Shown in pieces: positions 1 to 7,997 of a stretch of DNA of 17,537 nt; within the stretch, counting starts at the first letter, position 1; each line of letters starts with the position of its first letter. The stretch spans positions 111,884 to 129,420 of the forward strand of contig JBHLLU010000004.1 in NCBI GenBank assembly GCA_048938895.1, given 5' to 3'. This stretch comes from Promethearchaeota archaeon. Lineage in GTDB: Archaea; Asgardarchaeota; Lokiarchaeia; Sigyniarchaeales; SOKP01. The notes under the pieces were generated by a model that saw only the letters and a program-made list of their open reading frames with translations, was not told the origin of the DNA and ran no database searches. The position numbers were made by a program, and so were the translations under genes.

Positions 1-607
1 CATTATAATCCATAAATTCCTTCTCTACATAAGTAAAAACAATTTCGTATAATTGTCTGAATAACTCCTCCGGAAAAGCTTTTTGTTCGAAAACCACTTC
101 ATGAACTAATTCTTCAGAAAGAATTTGGGAGTTAATAGATTGGTGACAGATTAAGAAACTCATCATTGCCTTCTCAACTTTAGATTTAATTAGTTTTTTA
201 ATTACGTTCAATGCAATATCTCTTTTTGGATCCACAAAGTATGGAAACTTTAAGTCATCTAAGATCTTGACATAGTTCAAAGAATCTGTCATTTTCTCAA
301 CACAATATTCCAATGAACTTACATTAAGCCCAAATTTCTCACAAAATTCGGCTTTAGTCTCATGAGCAGGAAATGCAAAGGGATGCCTTGATATAATATA
401 GTATGCCGCAATAAAAAATTTATACAGATTATGAGGAATTTTCCCGTTATTTCTTAAATATTTATATACTAATGTAGTAGTGTCCAATAATAGATCGGTA
501 TCTATGTCGAACTGCTCTAAAAAATCTTGACCATCTTTGAGTAAATCAATCGTTATGCGTTCTTTAGTGTTGATCGTTTCATATTCAGGGGTATAAAGTT
601 CTAACAT
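1..607 (-). CDS. Hypothetical protein with an N-terminal cyclin/TFIIB-repeat-like helical domain (3' end outside window)
   Basis: Not in the ORF track; translated by hand. ATG at 607-605 opens a stop-free frame to the window edge (~202 codons): MLELYTPEYETINTKERITIDLLKDGQDFLEQFDIDTDLLLDTTTLVYKYLRNNGKIPHNLYKFFIAAYYIISRHPFAFPAHETKAEFCEKFGLNVSSLEYCVEKM... The segments AAYYIISR and ETKAEFCEKFGLNVSSL resemble the AAxxYxxxR and TxxEIAxxxxVSxxxI pattern of TFB/cyclin repeats. The CDS is secure; the fold is inference. Confidence 0.75.
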   Translation of the reverse strand, partial: MLELYTPEYETINTKERITIDLLKDGQDFLEQFDIDTDLLLDTTTLVYKYLRNNGKIPHNLYKFFIAAYYIISRHPFAFPAHETKAEFCEKFGLNVSSLEYCVEKMTDSLNYVKILDDLKFPYFVDPKRDIALNVIKKLIKSKVEKAMMSFLICHQSINSQILSEELVHEVVFEQKAFPEELFRQLYEIVFTYVEKEFMDYN

Positions 608-810
608 TTTATACACACGACAGTATAATATTTGTATGACATATCGATCATACCTCTTCTTGTCATATTTTAAAATGCTCCGACTAATTTACGCAGTCTT
701 TTAAAAGTATGTAATATCGATATGTTGTTTTGATAATATTCATATGTTATTTTTCATATTTAAATGTGATGCATCATAATTGTTGCACTTTAGGATCTAA
801 TTTGCAAATA

Positions 811-818
811 TTTATATA
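811..818 (+). promoter_or_regulatory. Putative archaeal TATA box for the 873-1585 unit
   Basis: TTTATATA preceded by purine-rich GCAAATA (BRE-like), about 55 nt upstream of the ATG at 873. Confidence 0.45.
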
Positions 819-872
819 CCCAAATGATCTTCTTTAGATCAGCAACATGATTTTGTCGGAGTAACCCAAATA

Positions 873-1325
873 ATGTCGCTCGATTCGGATAACCAAGAGG
901 AAAAACAGAAAAGAATAACCGTTAAACTAGACGAATTTGATAAGATAGTTGTTAGTAGGATGGCAGCTAATAGAAATATCTCTTTATCACATACAATGCG
1001 AAACATAGTTCATCAATGGATTGAAGAGAATCCCAACGTATTAAAAACCAATTATGGGATTGATGTTGAAGAAATTTCAGAACGCCTTGCTTTAGAAACT
1101 GCGAGTGTCTTACTAGATAAAACAATGAAACCATATGAAAAAGCAATCATAGAAGAACTGCCTCAATTTTTTGAAATGGTTGAAGATGTCAGTTTAGAAG
1201 ATATGGCAGAGAGATTTGATGTTAATGCTAAGGCAATAAAAAATATAATTTTCACTCATGGTAAAGAAATAAAACAACTTGGACTAACTCTGAAATATAA
1301 AGAAAATCGAATTTATAGAGAATAG
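873..1325 (+). CDS. Putative DNA-binding protein: N-terminal ribbon-helix-helix (CopG/Arc/MetJ-like) plus C-terminal HTH/winged-helix-like region
   Basis: KRITVKLDEFDKIVVSRMAANRNISLSHTMRNIVHQWI fits the RHH strand-helix-helix pattern. VSLEDMAERFDVNAKAIKNII...LTLKYKENRIY looks like an HTH followed by a beta wing. Confidence 0.7.
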   Translation: MSLDSDNQEEKQKRITVKLDEFDKIVVSRMAANRNISLSHTMRNIVHQWIEENPNVLKTNYGIDVEEISERLALETASVLLDKTMKPYEKAIIEELPQFFEMVEDVSLEDMAERFDVNAKAIKNIIFTHGKEIKQLGLTLKYKENRIYRE

Positions 1326-1326
1326 A

Positions 1327-1334
1327 GAGGTGAT
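1327..1334 (+). promoter_or_regulatory. Shine-Dalgarno-like GAGGTGAT upstream of the 76-aa ORF
   Basis: Strong match to the archaeal SD consensus immediately after the stop codon of 873-1325. Confidence 0.45.
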
Positions 1335-1354
1335 TTATTATAGGTTTAGCAAAA

Positions 1355-1585
1355 TTGGAGCGGATTTATCAAGAGATTATAAATGAATCTTATGAAAGAT
1401 CCCATCAAAATAAACCTAAAAATGATATCAATTATTCAGAATTAGTAATTCCTTTTTCTCAAATATGTAAATCAGATAAATCCAGAGATATTTATGCTGG
1501 AAACGAAAAAATCCCGTTTAAAGAGAGGGATTATGAGTTTAGGATGATTTTAAAACATGAATTTTCTAAGCTACTAAAGATATAG
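1355..1585 (+). CDS. Small hypothetical protein, paralog family member 1 (DIYxGxExIPFxE...EF motif)
   Basis: C-terminal NYSELVIPFSQICKSDKSRDIYAGNEKIPFKERDYEFRMILKHEF aligns with the ORFs at 7998, 8318 and 8654. The start codon (TTG) is uncertain. Confidence 0.8.
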   Translation: MERIYQEIINESYERSHQNKPKNDINYSELVIPFSQICKSDKSRDIYAGNEKIPFKERDYEFRMILKHEFSKLLKI

Positions 1586-1692
1586 ATTTGTTAGCTAATT
1601 TATCAATTATTTGTTTTTGAAAGATTTACATTTTATACAATTTTGTGAGGGTTGTATTAATTCTTTTATACTAGAGTAATGTAATTCTTATT

Positions 1693-3027
1693 ATGAAATC
1701 TAAACAATTTTTGCTCAAAACTCTATTAATTTTTAGTCTTTTTCCATTAATAATCAACCCCGTTAATTTAAATCCTACAGAAGCAAGATCACCTAATATT
1801 GCAGCAAATTCTGAGTGGGTTTCAATTTGGAGCATATTTGATAACAAAAATGAAGTGAGTATAGATGTAGATGTTGATAGTAATGATGATGTAATAATGG
1901 GGGGATATGTCATTAATTCCTCAGTGGATTATTTTGTAACCAAATATGATGAAAATGGAGTTCAACTTTGGAATGATACTCGTGATGGTGGTAGTCAAGA
2001 TTGGTTCAGAGCTCTCACAGTTAGTGGGACAGATATCTATGTAGGAATTGATTTTTATAATCAAACAAGATATGAATGCTTTCTGGGAAAATTTGATGTT
2101 TCTGGAAATCATTTATGGAATATTTCATGGTTTAAAACAGGAGCGAGTGGTTGCTATACTCGAGATTTGGCTCTAAGTCAAGCAGGTGATTTTTATTTTA
2201 CTGGGGAGATGGCATATGGGTTTTCACCGTCCTATACATATCAGTATTTTATTGTAAAGCTTAATTTTGCTGGGAATGAAGTATGGAATATGACTTTCGG
2301 TGTAAAAAATGAAACTAGGAAAACAATACACGGAATTGCTACATTTAATGATATAATTTATTTGGTTGGCCAAGAACGTAATTATACTCGAAGTGAAAAT
2401 GATCCCCTAATAATATGCGTAAATGCAACTAATGGATATCAGCTTTGGAATAAATCTTGGACGGTGCAGGATTATAATGAAGGAAGAGCTACAGATGTTA
2501 TTGTAGATTCTTCTGGAAATTTCTATGTTTCTGGTTATTATGGCGCAATGTTTAATACTGAGGTTTTCCTAAGGAAATACAATCCCTCAAGTGATCTTAT
2601 TTGGGAGGAAACATATAAAGATATCTCTTCAAAAGCTCAAGGGATTGCACTAGAAGATAATTCTAATATTTATATTTCAGGAAGTACTGAAGAAGATTTC
2701 TCAGGAAGCTCTGCCTTGTTATTAAAATACGCATCAAATGGATCTTTGCTCGGAGAAGGATCATGGAAGAGAGATACCACAAGTGGTCAGAATTATGGAC
2801 ATAATGTTGAGGTAGACTCCTCTGGAAATGTTTATATGGTTGGGGTAACTCCCGGAATAATTGGGACTGATGCATTTATAATTAAGAATTTGGAATTATT
2901 AAAACCAAGAAGTGGTGGAAAAGATAATGTGATTCCAAGTTTTAATAGTTGGATTATAATGGCAATTCTAGGATGTTCAATTCTTTTGGTAATGAAAAAA
3001 AATCATTTAAAGAATAAACAAACCTAA
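1693..3027 (+). CDS. Secreted/cell-surface beta-propeller protein (SBBP-like repeats) with a Loki-CTERM-like C-terminal anchor
   Basis: N-terminal signal peptide; repeated DSSGNxYVxG and xxKYDxxGxxLW units; 10 N-x-S/T sequons counted; C-terminal IPSF + hydrophobic helix + KK. Confidence 0.8.
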   Translation: MKSKQFLLKTLLIFSLFPLIINPVNLNPTEARSPNIAANSEWVSIWSIFDNKNEVSIDVDVDSNDDVIMGGYVINSSVDYFVTKYDENGVQLWNDTRDGGSQDWFRALTVSGTDIYVGIDFYNQTRYECFLGKFDVSGNHLWNISWFKTGASGCYTRDLALSQAGDFYFTGEMAYGFSPSYTYQYFIVKLNFAGNEVWNMTFGVKNETRKTIHGIATFNDIIYLVGQERNYTRSENDPLIICVNATNGYQLWNKSWTVQDYNEGRATDVIVDSSGNFYVSGYYGAMFNTEVFLRKYNPSSDLIWEETYKDISSKAQGIALEDNSNIYISGSTEEDFSGSSALLLKYASNGSLLGEGSWKRDTTSGQNYGHNVEVDSSGNVYMVGVTPGIIGTDAFIIKNLELLKPRSGGKDNVIPSFNSWIIMAILGCSILLVMKKNHLKNKQT

Positions 3028-3043
3028 TTCTTATTTCTTTTTT

Positions 3044-3883
3044 TTATTTAATGGGGACAATGGCCACTGGTCTTACCCAAGCTGCACTTGCTTTAAGAAT
3101 TTTGATAGGAAAACAGCTCACCTTAAAACCATAAGGAGGCAGTTGATCTAAGTTAGCTAATTTTTCCATTTGATAATACTCTCTTTCAATCCCGGCAAAA
3201 TGACCCTCCCAAATAAAATTTCTATCTCCTGTCTCGCGAAATTCCTTAGCTTGAAATTGAAAAGGACGATCCCAACCTGCTGCGTCAGTTCCTACTACTT
3301 TTATTCCTTGATCTACCAACCAGATTGTTCCTTCTCTTCCTACTCCGGAATAATCAGTCCAGTATTGCATAGTATCCCATAATTTATCCGCATCTGTCCG
3401 AATAAGGACAATATCTAAGGGTTTCAGCGTATATTTTATTTTTTGAAGAGCGTCTTGTATATCCTGCGAACTTATCAAGTCTCCAGGTTTTTTATGAGTC
3501 ATATCAAGAACTACCCCATCACTAAAGCAATATTCTATCGGAATCTCGTCAATAGTTTTTGACTTTTTTCCTTCACTTGTAGGATGATAATGCCATGGAG
3601 CATCCATATGTGTACCCATATGAACTCCAATTGTTAAATAATCATCAGCCCACGCTAAACCATCGGGAAGATCATCAGCAGAAATTCCAGGAAAGGAATT
3701 TAACATTACTGAAACATTATCTTTATGATCAGCATGTCTGATCTTAGCAGATAATCCTGCTTCAAGGTATTTAAATTCTTCTGGTATATCCCCTAAACCT
3801 TCTTTAATTTCCAAACTCAAATCCACAAATTTTAATTTTTTTGACATTATATTTTGATCTTCAATTATTGGTAATAAAGACAT
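3044..3883 (-). CDS. Cyclase family metal-dependent hydrolase (kynurenine formamidase KynB-like)
   Basis: HMGTHMDAPWH matches the HxGTHxDxPxH signature, plus DIVLIRT, GIKVVGTD and E-x-LANLDQLP. An alternative start is the ATG at 3847 (MSKKLKFVDLS). Confidence 0.9.
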   Translation of the reverse strand: MSLLPIIEDQNIMSKKLKFVDLSLEIKEGLGDIPEEFKYLEAGLSAKIRHADHKDNVSVMLNSFPGISADDLPDGLAWADDYLTIGVHMGTHMDAPWHYHPTSEGKKSKTIDEIPIEYCFSDGVVLDMTHKKPGDLISSQDIQDALQKIKYTLKPLDIVLIRTDADKLWDTMQYWTDYSGVGREGTIWLVDQGIKVVGTDAAGWDRPFQFQAKEFRETGDRNFIWEGHFAGIEREYYQMEKLANLDQLPPYGFKVSCFPIKILKASAAWVRPVAIVPIK

Positions 3884-3939
3884 ATTTGGGTAGAGAGAAT
3901 ATTACCTTAAATATATATTAAAGACAAGAATAGTTATTA

Positions 3940-4428
3940 TTACTTTCTTCTATCAAATTTTTTAGTTTCCTTTTCAAATGTGCCTGAAGTAATGATCTCA
4001 ATTTCAGAAAAATTAAGCTTTAGAAAATTTGTATCATTATCTGATAAAAAGTCCTTTATATCCATTATTTTCGATTCATATTTCATTATCTCATCAGCGA
4101 TCATTCTATGACAAACTATAGCTCCCGAATATATTGCTTGAGCGGTAAACCGAAAAACCGTCCAACCATTGTCGATTAAAAACTTGGTTTTTCTTAAATC
4201 ACTTTTTCTTTCGTCAGGTGCTTTATAATCTAATAGGATATTATCACATTCGATGGCAATTTTATATTTTTCAACGGCAAAATCAACTGTAGTTTGTCCT
4301 ATAGTTAAATGTGCTTCATATAAATCTAATAATTTACTCGGAGCAGAATCTATAAAAAATTCTTCATATTTTGATTTGCAGGATTGTTTTAAATATTCTC
4401 TTCTTGAATTTGTCAAAACTAATTTCAC
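3940..4428 (-). CDS. DUF559/Vsr-like PD-(D/E)xK-fold protein, possibly catalytically degenerate
   Basis: IGQTTVDFAVEKYKIAIECD...DLRKTKFLIDNGWTVFRFT matches the DUF559 pattern IGxYxVDF...LxIExDG...DxxRxxFLxxxGWxVxRF. Confidence 0.7.
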   Translation of the reverse strand: MKLVLTNSRREYLKQSCKSKYEEFFIDSAPSKLLDLYEAHLTIGQTTVDFAVEKYKIAIECDNILLDYKAPDERKSDLRKTKFLIDNGWTVFRFTAQAIYSGAIVCHRMIADEIMKYESKIMDIKDFLSDNDTNFLKLNFSEIEIITSGTFEKETKKFDRRK

Positions 4429-4538
4429 CTATATTCCTATTATTGTAAATGAGATTTATGAGAATCATTGATTATTACGATTTTGAGTTTATTATATATA
4501 TTCTAAGAGTAATAAAAATTATTCATCATAGAATAGTC

Positions 4539-4556
4539 TTGGACTTTTTTGTCCAA
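4539..4556. promoter_or_regulatory. Inverted repeat TTGGAC-N6-GTCCAA, candidate transcription-factor operator
   Basis: Perfect 6-bp arms in the divergent DUF559/MFS intergenic region, just upstream of an AT-rich TATA-like stretch (about 4564-4575). Confidence 0.35.
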
Positions 4557-4620
4557 AGTGACATAAAATATATATGAAAATGGAAGATATCCCTTTATTC
4601 ATAACTTAAATCTAATATAA

Positions 4621-6006
4621 GTGATTCAATTGTCATCAGACGTAGAAGAAGTAGAATTCGAAACTGAGACGTCATGGCGTAATGTTTTCTATTGGGCAAT
4701 GTATGATCTGGCAAACACGATTTACTCCATGGTAATCGTAAGCTTGATTATTGGCAAGTACGTACTTGTCATTGGACAATTAGAAGATGGAATGTCATAC
4801 GGTGAAGCAAGTTTTCTTTTTGGAATAGTTAGTACACTCATGCAAGTCGTAGTAGCTATTTGTGTTCCCATTTTAGGAGCATTGAGTGATAATGTTGGAA
4901 AGCGTAAACCGTTTGTAATAAGTTTAACAGGTATCATCCTTCTTTTCGCGAGCTTGCTTGGATTCTTTCACGATATAACCACGGTTTTAGTTTTATATGT
5001 AATTGCTAACGTTGCTTATCAATTTAGTCTTACTTTCTATGATGCTATGCTCCCTTTTATCGCAAAGCGAGAGGATATTGGAAAAGTTGCAGGATTCGGA
5101 GTTGCTTGGGGTTATTTAGGTACAATTCTTGCATTAATAGTTATGTTTCCCTTTATATTTATTATAGGTGATTTAGTATCAAGTCCACCAAAAGAGATAG
5201 GAGATCCAGCAATAGGTTATGGTTTTGCCGGAAATTGGGTTTCATTTGCGTTGCCTATGTACCTATTTTTGCTTTGCACGATCCCGTTTTTATATGTTCG
5301 TGAAAAACAGAAGAAAAGGAAAAGGCCACCTATAGGTAAATTAATCAAAAATACTTTCAGTCAACTAAGAAGTACTTTTAAGGACATTAGAAAACACAAA
5401 TCAATGTTTATCTTTATTATAGGGTATTTCTTTGTTGCCGATATCGCCAATGTAATAGTTCTCTATATGACACTTATAGTTACTGATGGACTAATTATAG
5501 CAGAGGGATCAAATATATTTGCTATCCTTTTTATTATACTTGCCACGATATCTGCAGTTGTGTTTACATATTTTGTTGGGAAATTTGGTGAAAAGCACGG
5601 TGCCAAAAATACATTTTTTCTAGTAGGCTCACTGTGGGGTATTTCATTACTAATTGGTATACTTCTAATATTTCTAACTCCATCCATTGATGTGGGTTTA
5701 AATCTCCCTTTTTTGCTTAGCCTTATTATGGGCGTGGTAGCCGGTCCTGCTCTAGGAGGAACTTGGACAGCACAACGGATAATGGTTGTAGAACTTGCTC
5801 CTAAAGAAAAATTCGGAGAATTTTTTGGATTTTCAAAGTTAAGTGGGAAATTTTCCTCAGCATTAGGTCCATTTCTTTTTGGTACTATTTTAATATCTTA
5901 CGATGCTATAGGTAAAGCAGCGTACGGCTGGGCAATGATATCTGTTGGTATAGTAATGGCTATTGGAATATTTATTATTTCCTTAGTTAAATCTAACCAA
6001 TCCTAA
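4621..6006 (+). CDS. MFS transporter, UMF1/YxiO/Atg22-like family
   Basis: About 12 hydrophobic segments; WAMYDLAN, PILGALSDNVGKRK (MFS motif A), FYDAMLP, GWGYLG-like AWGYLG and GEFFGFSKLSGKFSSALGP are typical of UMF1-type MFS proteins. Confidence 0.9.
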   Translation: MIQLSSDVEEVEFETETSWRNVFYWAMYDLANTIYSMVIVSLIIGKYVLVIGQLEDGMSYGEASFLFGIVSTLMQVVVAICVPILGALSDNVGKRKPFVISLTGIILLFASLLGFFHDITTVLVLYVIANVAYQFSLTFYDAMLPFIAKREDIGKVAGFGVAWGYLGTILALIVMFPFIFIIGDLVSSPPKEIGDPAIGYGFAGNWVSFALPMYLFLLCTIPFLYVREKQKKRKRPPIGKLIKNTFSQLRSTFKDIRKHKSMFIFIIGYFFVADIANVIVLYMTLIVTDGLIIAEGSNIFAILFIILATISAVVFTYFVGKFGEKHGAKNTFFLVGSLWGISLLIGILLIFLTPSIDVGLNLPFLLSLIMGVVAGPALGGTWTAQRIMVVELAPKEKFGEFFGFSKLSGKFSSALGPFLFGTILISYDAIGKAAYGWAMISVGIVMAIGIFIISLVKSNQS

Positions 6007-6012
6007 AATCAA

Positions 6013-6025
6013 TTTTTTTTTTTTT
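6013..6025 (+). terminator. Oligo-T (T13) archaeal terminator
   Basis: Run of 13 T beginning 7 nt after the MFS stop codon. Confidence 0.55.
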
Positions 6026-6166
6026 AATTTAATTACAATTACTTAACTACAATTTAGAATGTGTTCATGATTTTATATTTCGATTACTATTCTTACTCTA
6101 ACTATAGTTCAGTTCTTTAATCTATAAAAAAAAGGGAAATTTATATTAGAATATTATGATTTCAAG

Positions 6167-6490
6167 GTGAAAATGGAAATGAGAAAAATCAAAATAACTG
6201 TTGTTAAACAATTTGGGCCAAAAGATGTGCTAGGACATGAGTTTATAAGACCAGATGGAAGACCAATCACTAAATGTGGTATGAAAGAAGGTATGGAATT
6301 TTTTGTAGATGAAAATGGAAACATGCCAGATGACTTTTGTCATCATGCTTGGTATGGGTTATATAAAAACATCAATATTTTACAATGTGGTGGGGGATTT
6401 GCTGGTTGGACTGGAGAAGATATGATCTATACTGCATGTCCTGATGGCATACGACCTGTATGCTTCAAATTAGAAAGAATTAAAGACTAA
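6167..6490 (+). CDS. TIGR04076 family protein
   Basis: KIKITV...C...EG.EF...P..FCHHAW...ACPDGIRPVCFKLERI is characteristic of this small Cys-containing family. The true start may be one of the ATGs at 6173 or 6179. Confidence 0.85.
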   Translation: MKMEMRKIKITVVKQFGPKDVLGHEFIRPDGRPITKCGMKEGMEFFVDENGNMPDDFCHHAWYGLYKNINILQCGGGFAGWTGEDMIYTACPDGIRPVCFKLERIKD

Positions 6491-6497
6491 AATTATC

Positions 6498-6509
6498 TTT
6501 TTTTTTTTT
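6498..6509 (+). terminator. Oligo-T (T12) archaeal terminator
   Basis: Run of 12 T beginning 8 nt after the stop codon. Confidence 0.55.
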
Positions 6510-6614
6510 CCTAATTTCCTCAATAATCGCAATCAGTTTTTATAAAGATTTTTAATTTATTTAAAATTAAGATTCAAAATATTGAAGATTTAATAGAATA
6601 GAAGGAGAAAACTT

Positions 6615-7820
6615 TTGGAGATTCGAAAATTAACTGGAAAGGATCGTGAAACTTGTCAAAAACTTATGCGCTATGCTTTTACAACCTCAATGAATTCATA
6701 TGAAGATCTTGAGTATCCTAATGAAAAGATACCGATGGATTGGTATCATGGTGCATTTGAAAAGAATTTATTAATTGCCTGTGCGGGGTCTATTCCTTTT
6801 GATATTCGATTACGTTCTAGCGATTTTAAAATGGGAGGTGTAATGGGGGTTGCTACTAAACCAGAATACCGAAATCGAGGAATAATTAGAAAAATAATAG
6901 TGAAAATGTTTAAAGATATGTATGATAGCAATATTCCAATTTCAGTTTTATATCCATTCAAAGTAGCCTTTTATGAAATGTTAGGTTATAAGCTTGTTGA
7001 TGAAATAATTTACTATCAATTCAAAATCTCAGATATCATAACGAAAAAAACAAGTTATTCTATGCAAGAAGTAGAACAAATAAATGATGACATAAGAAAA
7101 GTGTATGATAAGGCTATATTAAATTTTGATTATATAGCTAAAAGACCTTCTATCAATTCGTGGTGGACTCACTTCAAAGGAAACTATAAATTTATCTGTT
7201 ATAATGGTGATGAGCCAGTAGGTTATATTCTAATTAGCTTTCCAACCATAAATTTATTAACAGGTAGGTTGTTAACAGGTAGGTTAGCAAGCCCAGAAAG
7301 AACAATTATAATTAATGAGACTTTCTGGCTTAATCAAACCGCTAAACAAACAATTTTTAATTTTCTGTGGAGCCATCGTGATCAACGAAAATACGTAGTT
7401 GGGGGGTTTTCTGAAAGTGAGATAATAATTGATCTATTAAAAACACCACGAGTTAAAGTACGTCAAACCACTGCTAACTCATTGTTAAGAATCATTGATA
7501 TAAAGACTGTTTTAAAGAATATAGAATATCCTATTGATAACTTTACCATATCACTTCACATCCATGATGAGTATTGCCCATGGAATGATGGAATTTTTAT
7601 TTTAAAATCAGAAGGGAAGAGTATTGAGGTCGAATACATGAAATCATCCATGACAGCAGATATAGAATTAGACATCGGTCATCTCGCTCAACTTATAGGG
7701 GGGTTTAGAACTGTATATGATTTACTTAAATTTAATTTCATATCGATCAAGAAGGATAAATTTGAGCTTTTAGAGGCTTTATTTCCAAAAAAAAATAATT
7801 TTATGTGTGATCACTTCTGA
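6615..7820 (+). CDS. Eis-family GNAT acetyltransferase (tandem GNAT + SCP2-like domain)
   Basis: GVATKPEYRNRG (acetyl-CoA motif A), SVLYPF...FYEMLGY, RIIDI...L, D.YCPWNDG and a C-terminal Phe (DHF) as in Eis. GAAGGAG SD lies upstream of the TTG start. Confidence 0.9.
   Translation: MEIRKLTGKDRETCQKLMRYAFTTSMNSYEDLEYPNEKIPMDWYHGAFEKNLLIACAGSIPFDIRLRSSDFKMGGVMGVATKPEYRNRGIIRKIIVKMFKDMYDSNIPISVLYPFKVAFYEMLGYKLVDEIIYYQFKISDIITKKTSYSMQEVEQINDDIRKVYDKAILNFDYIAKRPSINSWWTHFKGNYKFICYNGDEPVGYILISFPTINLLTGRLLTGRLASPERTIIINETFWLNQTAKQTIFNFLWSHRDQRKYVVGGFSESEIIIDLLKTPRVKVRQTTANSLLRIIDIKTVLKNIEYPIDNFTISLHIHDEYCPWNDGIFILKSEGKSIEVEYMKSSMTADIELDIGHLAQLIGGFRTVYDLLKFNFISIKKDKFELLEALFPKKNNFMCDHF
7254..7285 (+). 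repeat. In-frame 15-bp tandem duplication (LLTGR x2)
   Basis: TTATTAACAGGTAGG TTGTTAACAGGTAGG TT; one mismatch between the two units. Confidence 0.85.
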
Positions 7821-7997
7821 TCTAATAGAATCTACCCTTGAGTTCATATTCTATTGATAATTCGATAAAAATGCGGGAAACTCCATTGTTTTTTATATAA
7901 AAACCTTTGTTTTTATTTACGCTTAAATAAAATCATTTTATTAAGAAAATAACAAATAAAAATGATATAATTTCAATACGTCTAAGCAATTAAAATT

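Noticed and set aside
847-864. Tiny upstream ORF MILSE* before the RHH gene
   Set aside because: Five codons is expected by chance and nothing else supports it, although it lies near the predicted TSS.
873-1585. RHH + small ORF as a type II toxin-antitoxin pair
   Set aside because: The downstream ORF shows no PIN, RelE/ParE, MazF or HicA features, and the RHH protein is atypically long. Not formally excluded.
1671-6961. Short ORFs 1671-1913, 1921-2112, 2663-2875, 3170-3382, 4253-4471, 4722-4937, 5463-5687 and 6746-6961
   Set aside because: All are antisense shadows of longer, well-supported CDS and show no recognisable motifs.
7824-7855. AATAGAAT-N16-ATTCTATT hairpin after the Eis-like gene
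   Set aside because: Weak AT-rich stem, compatible with chance.
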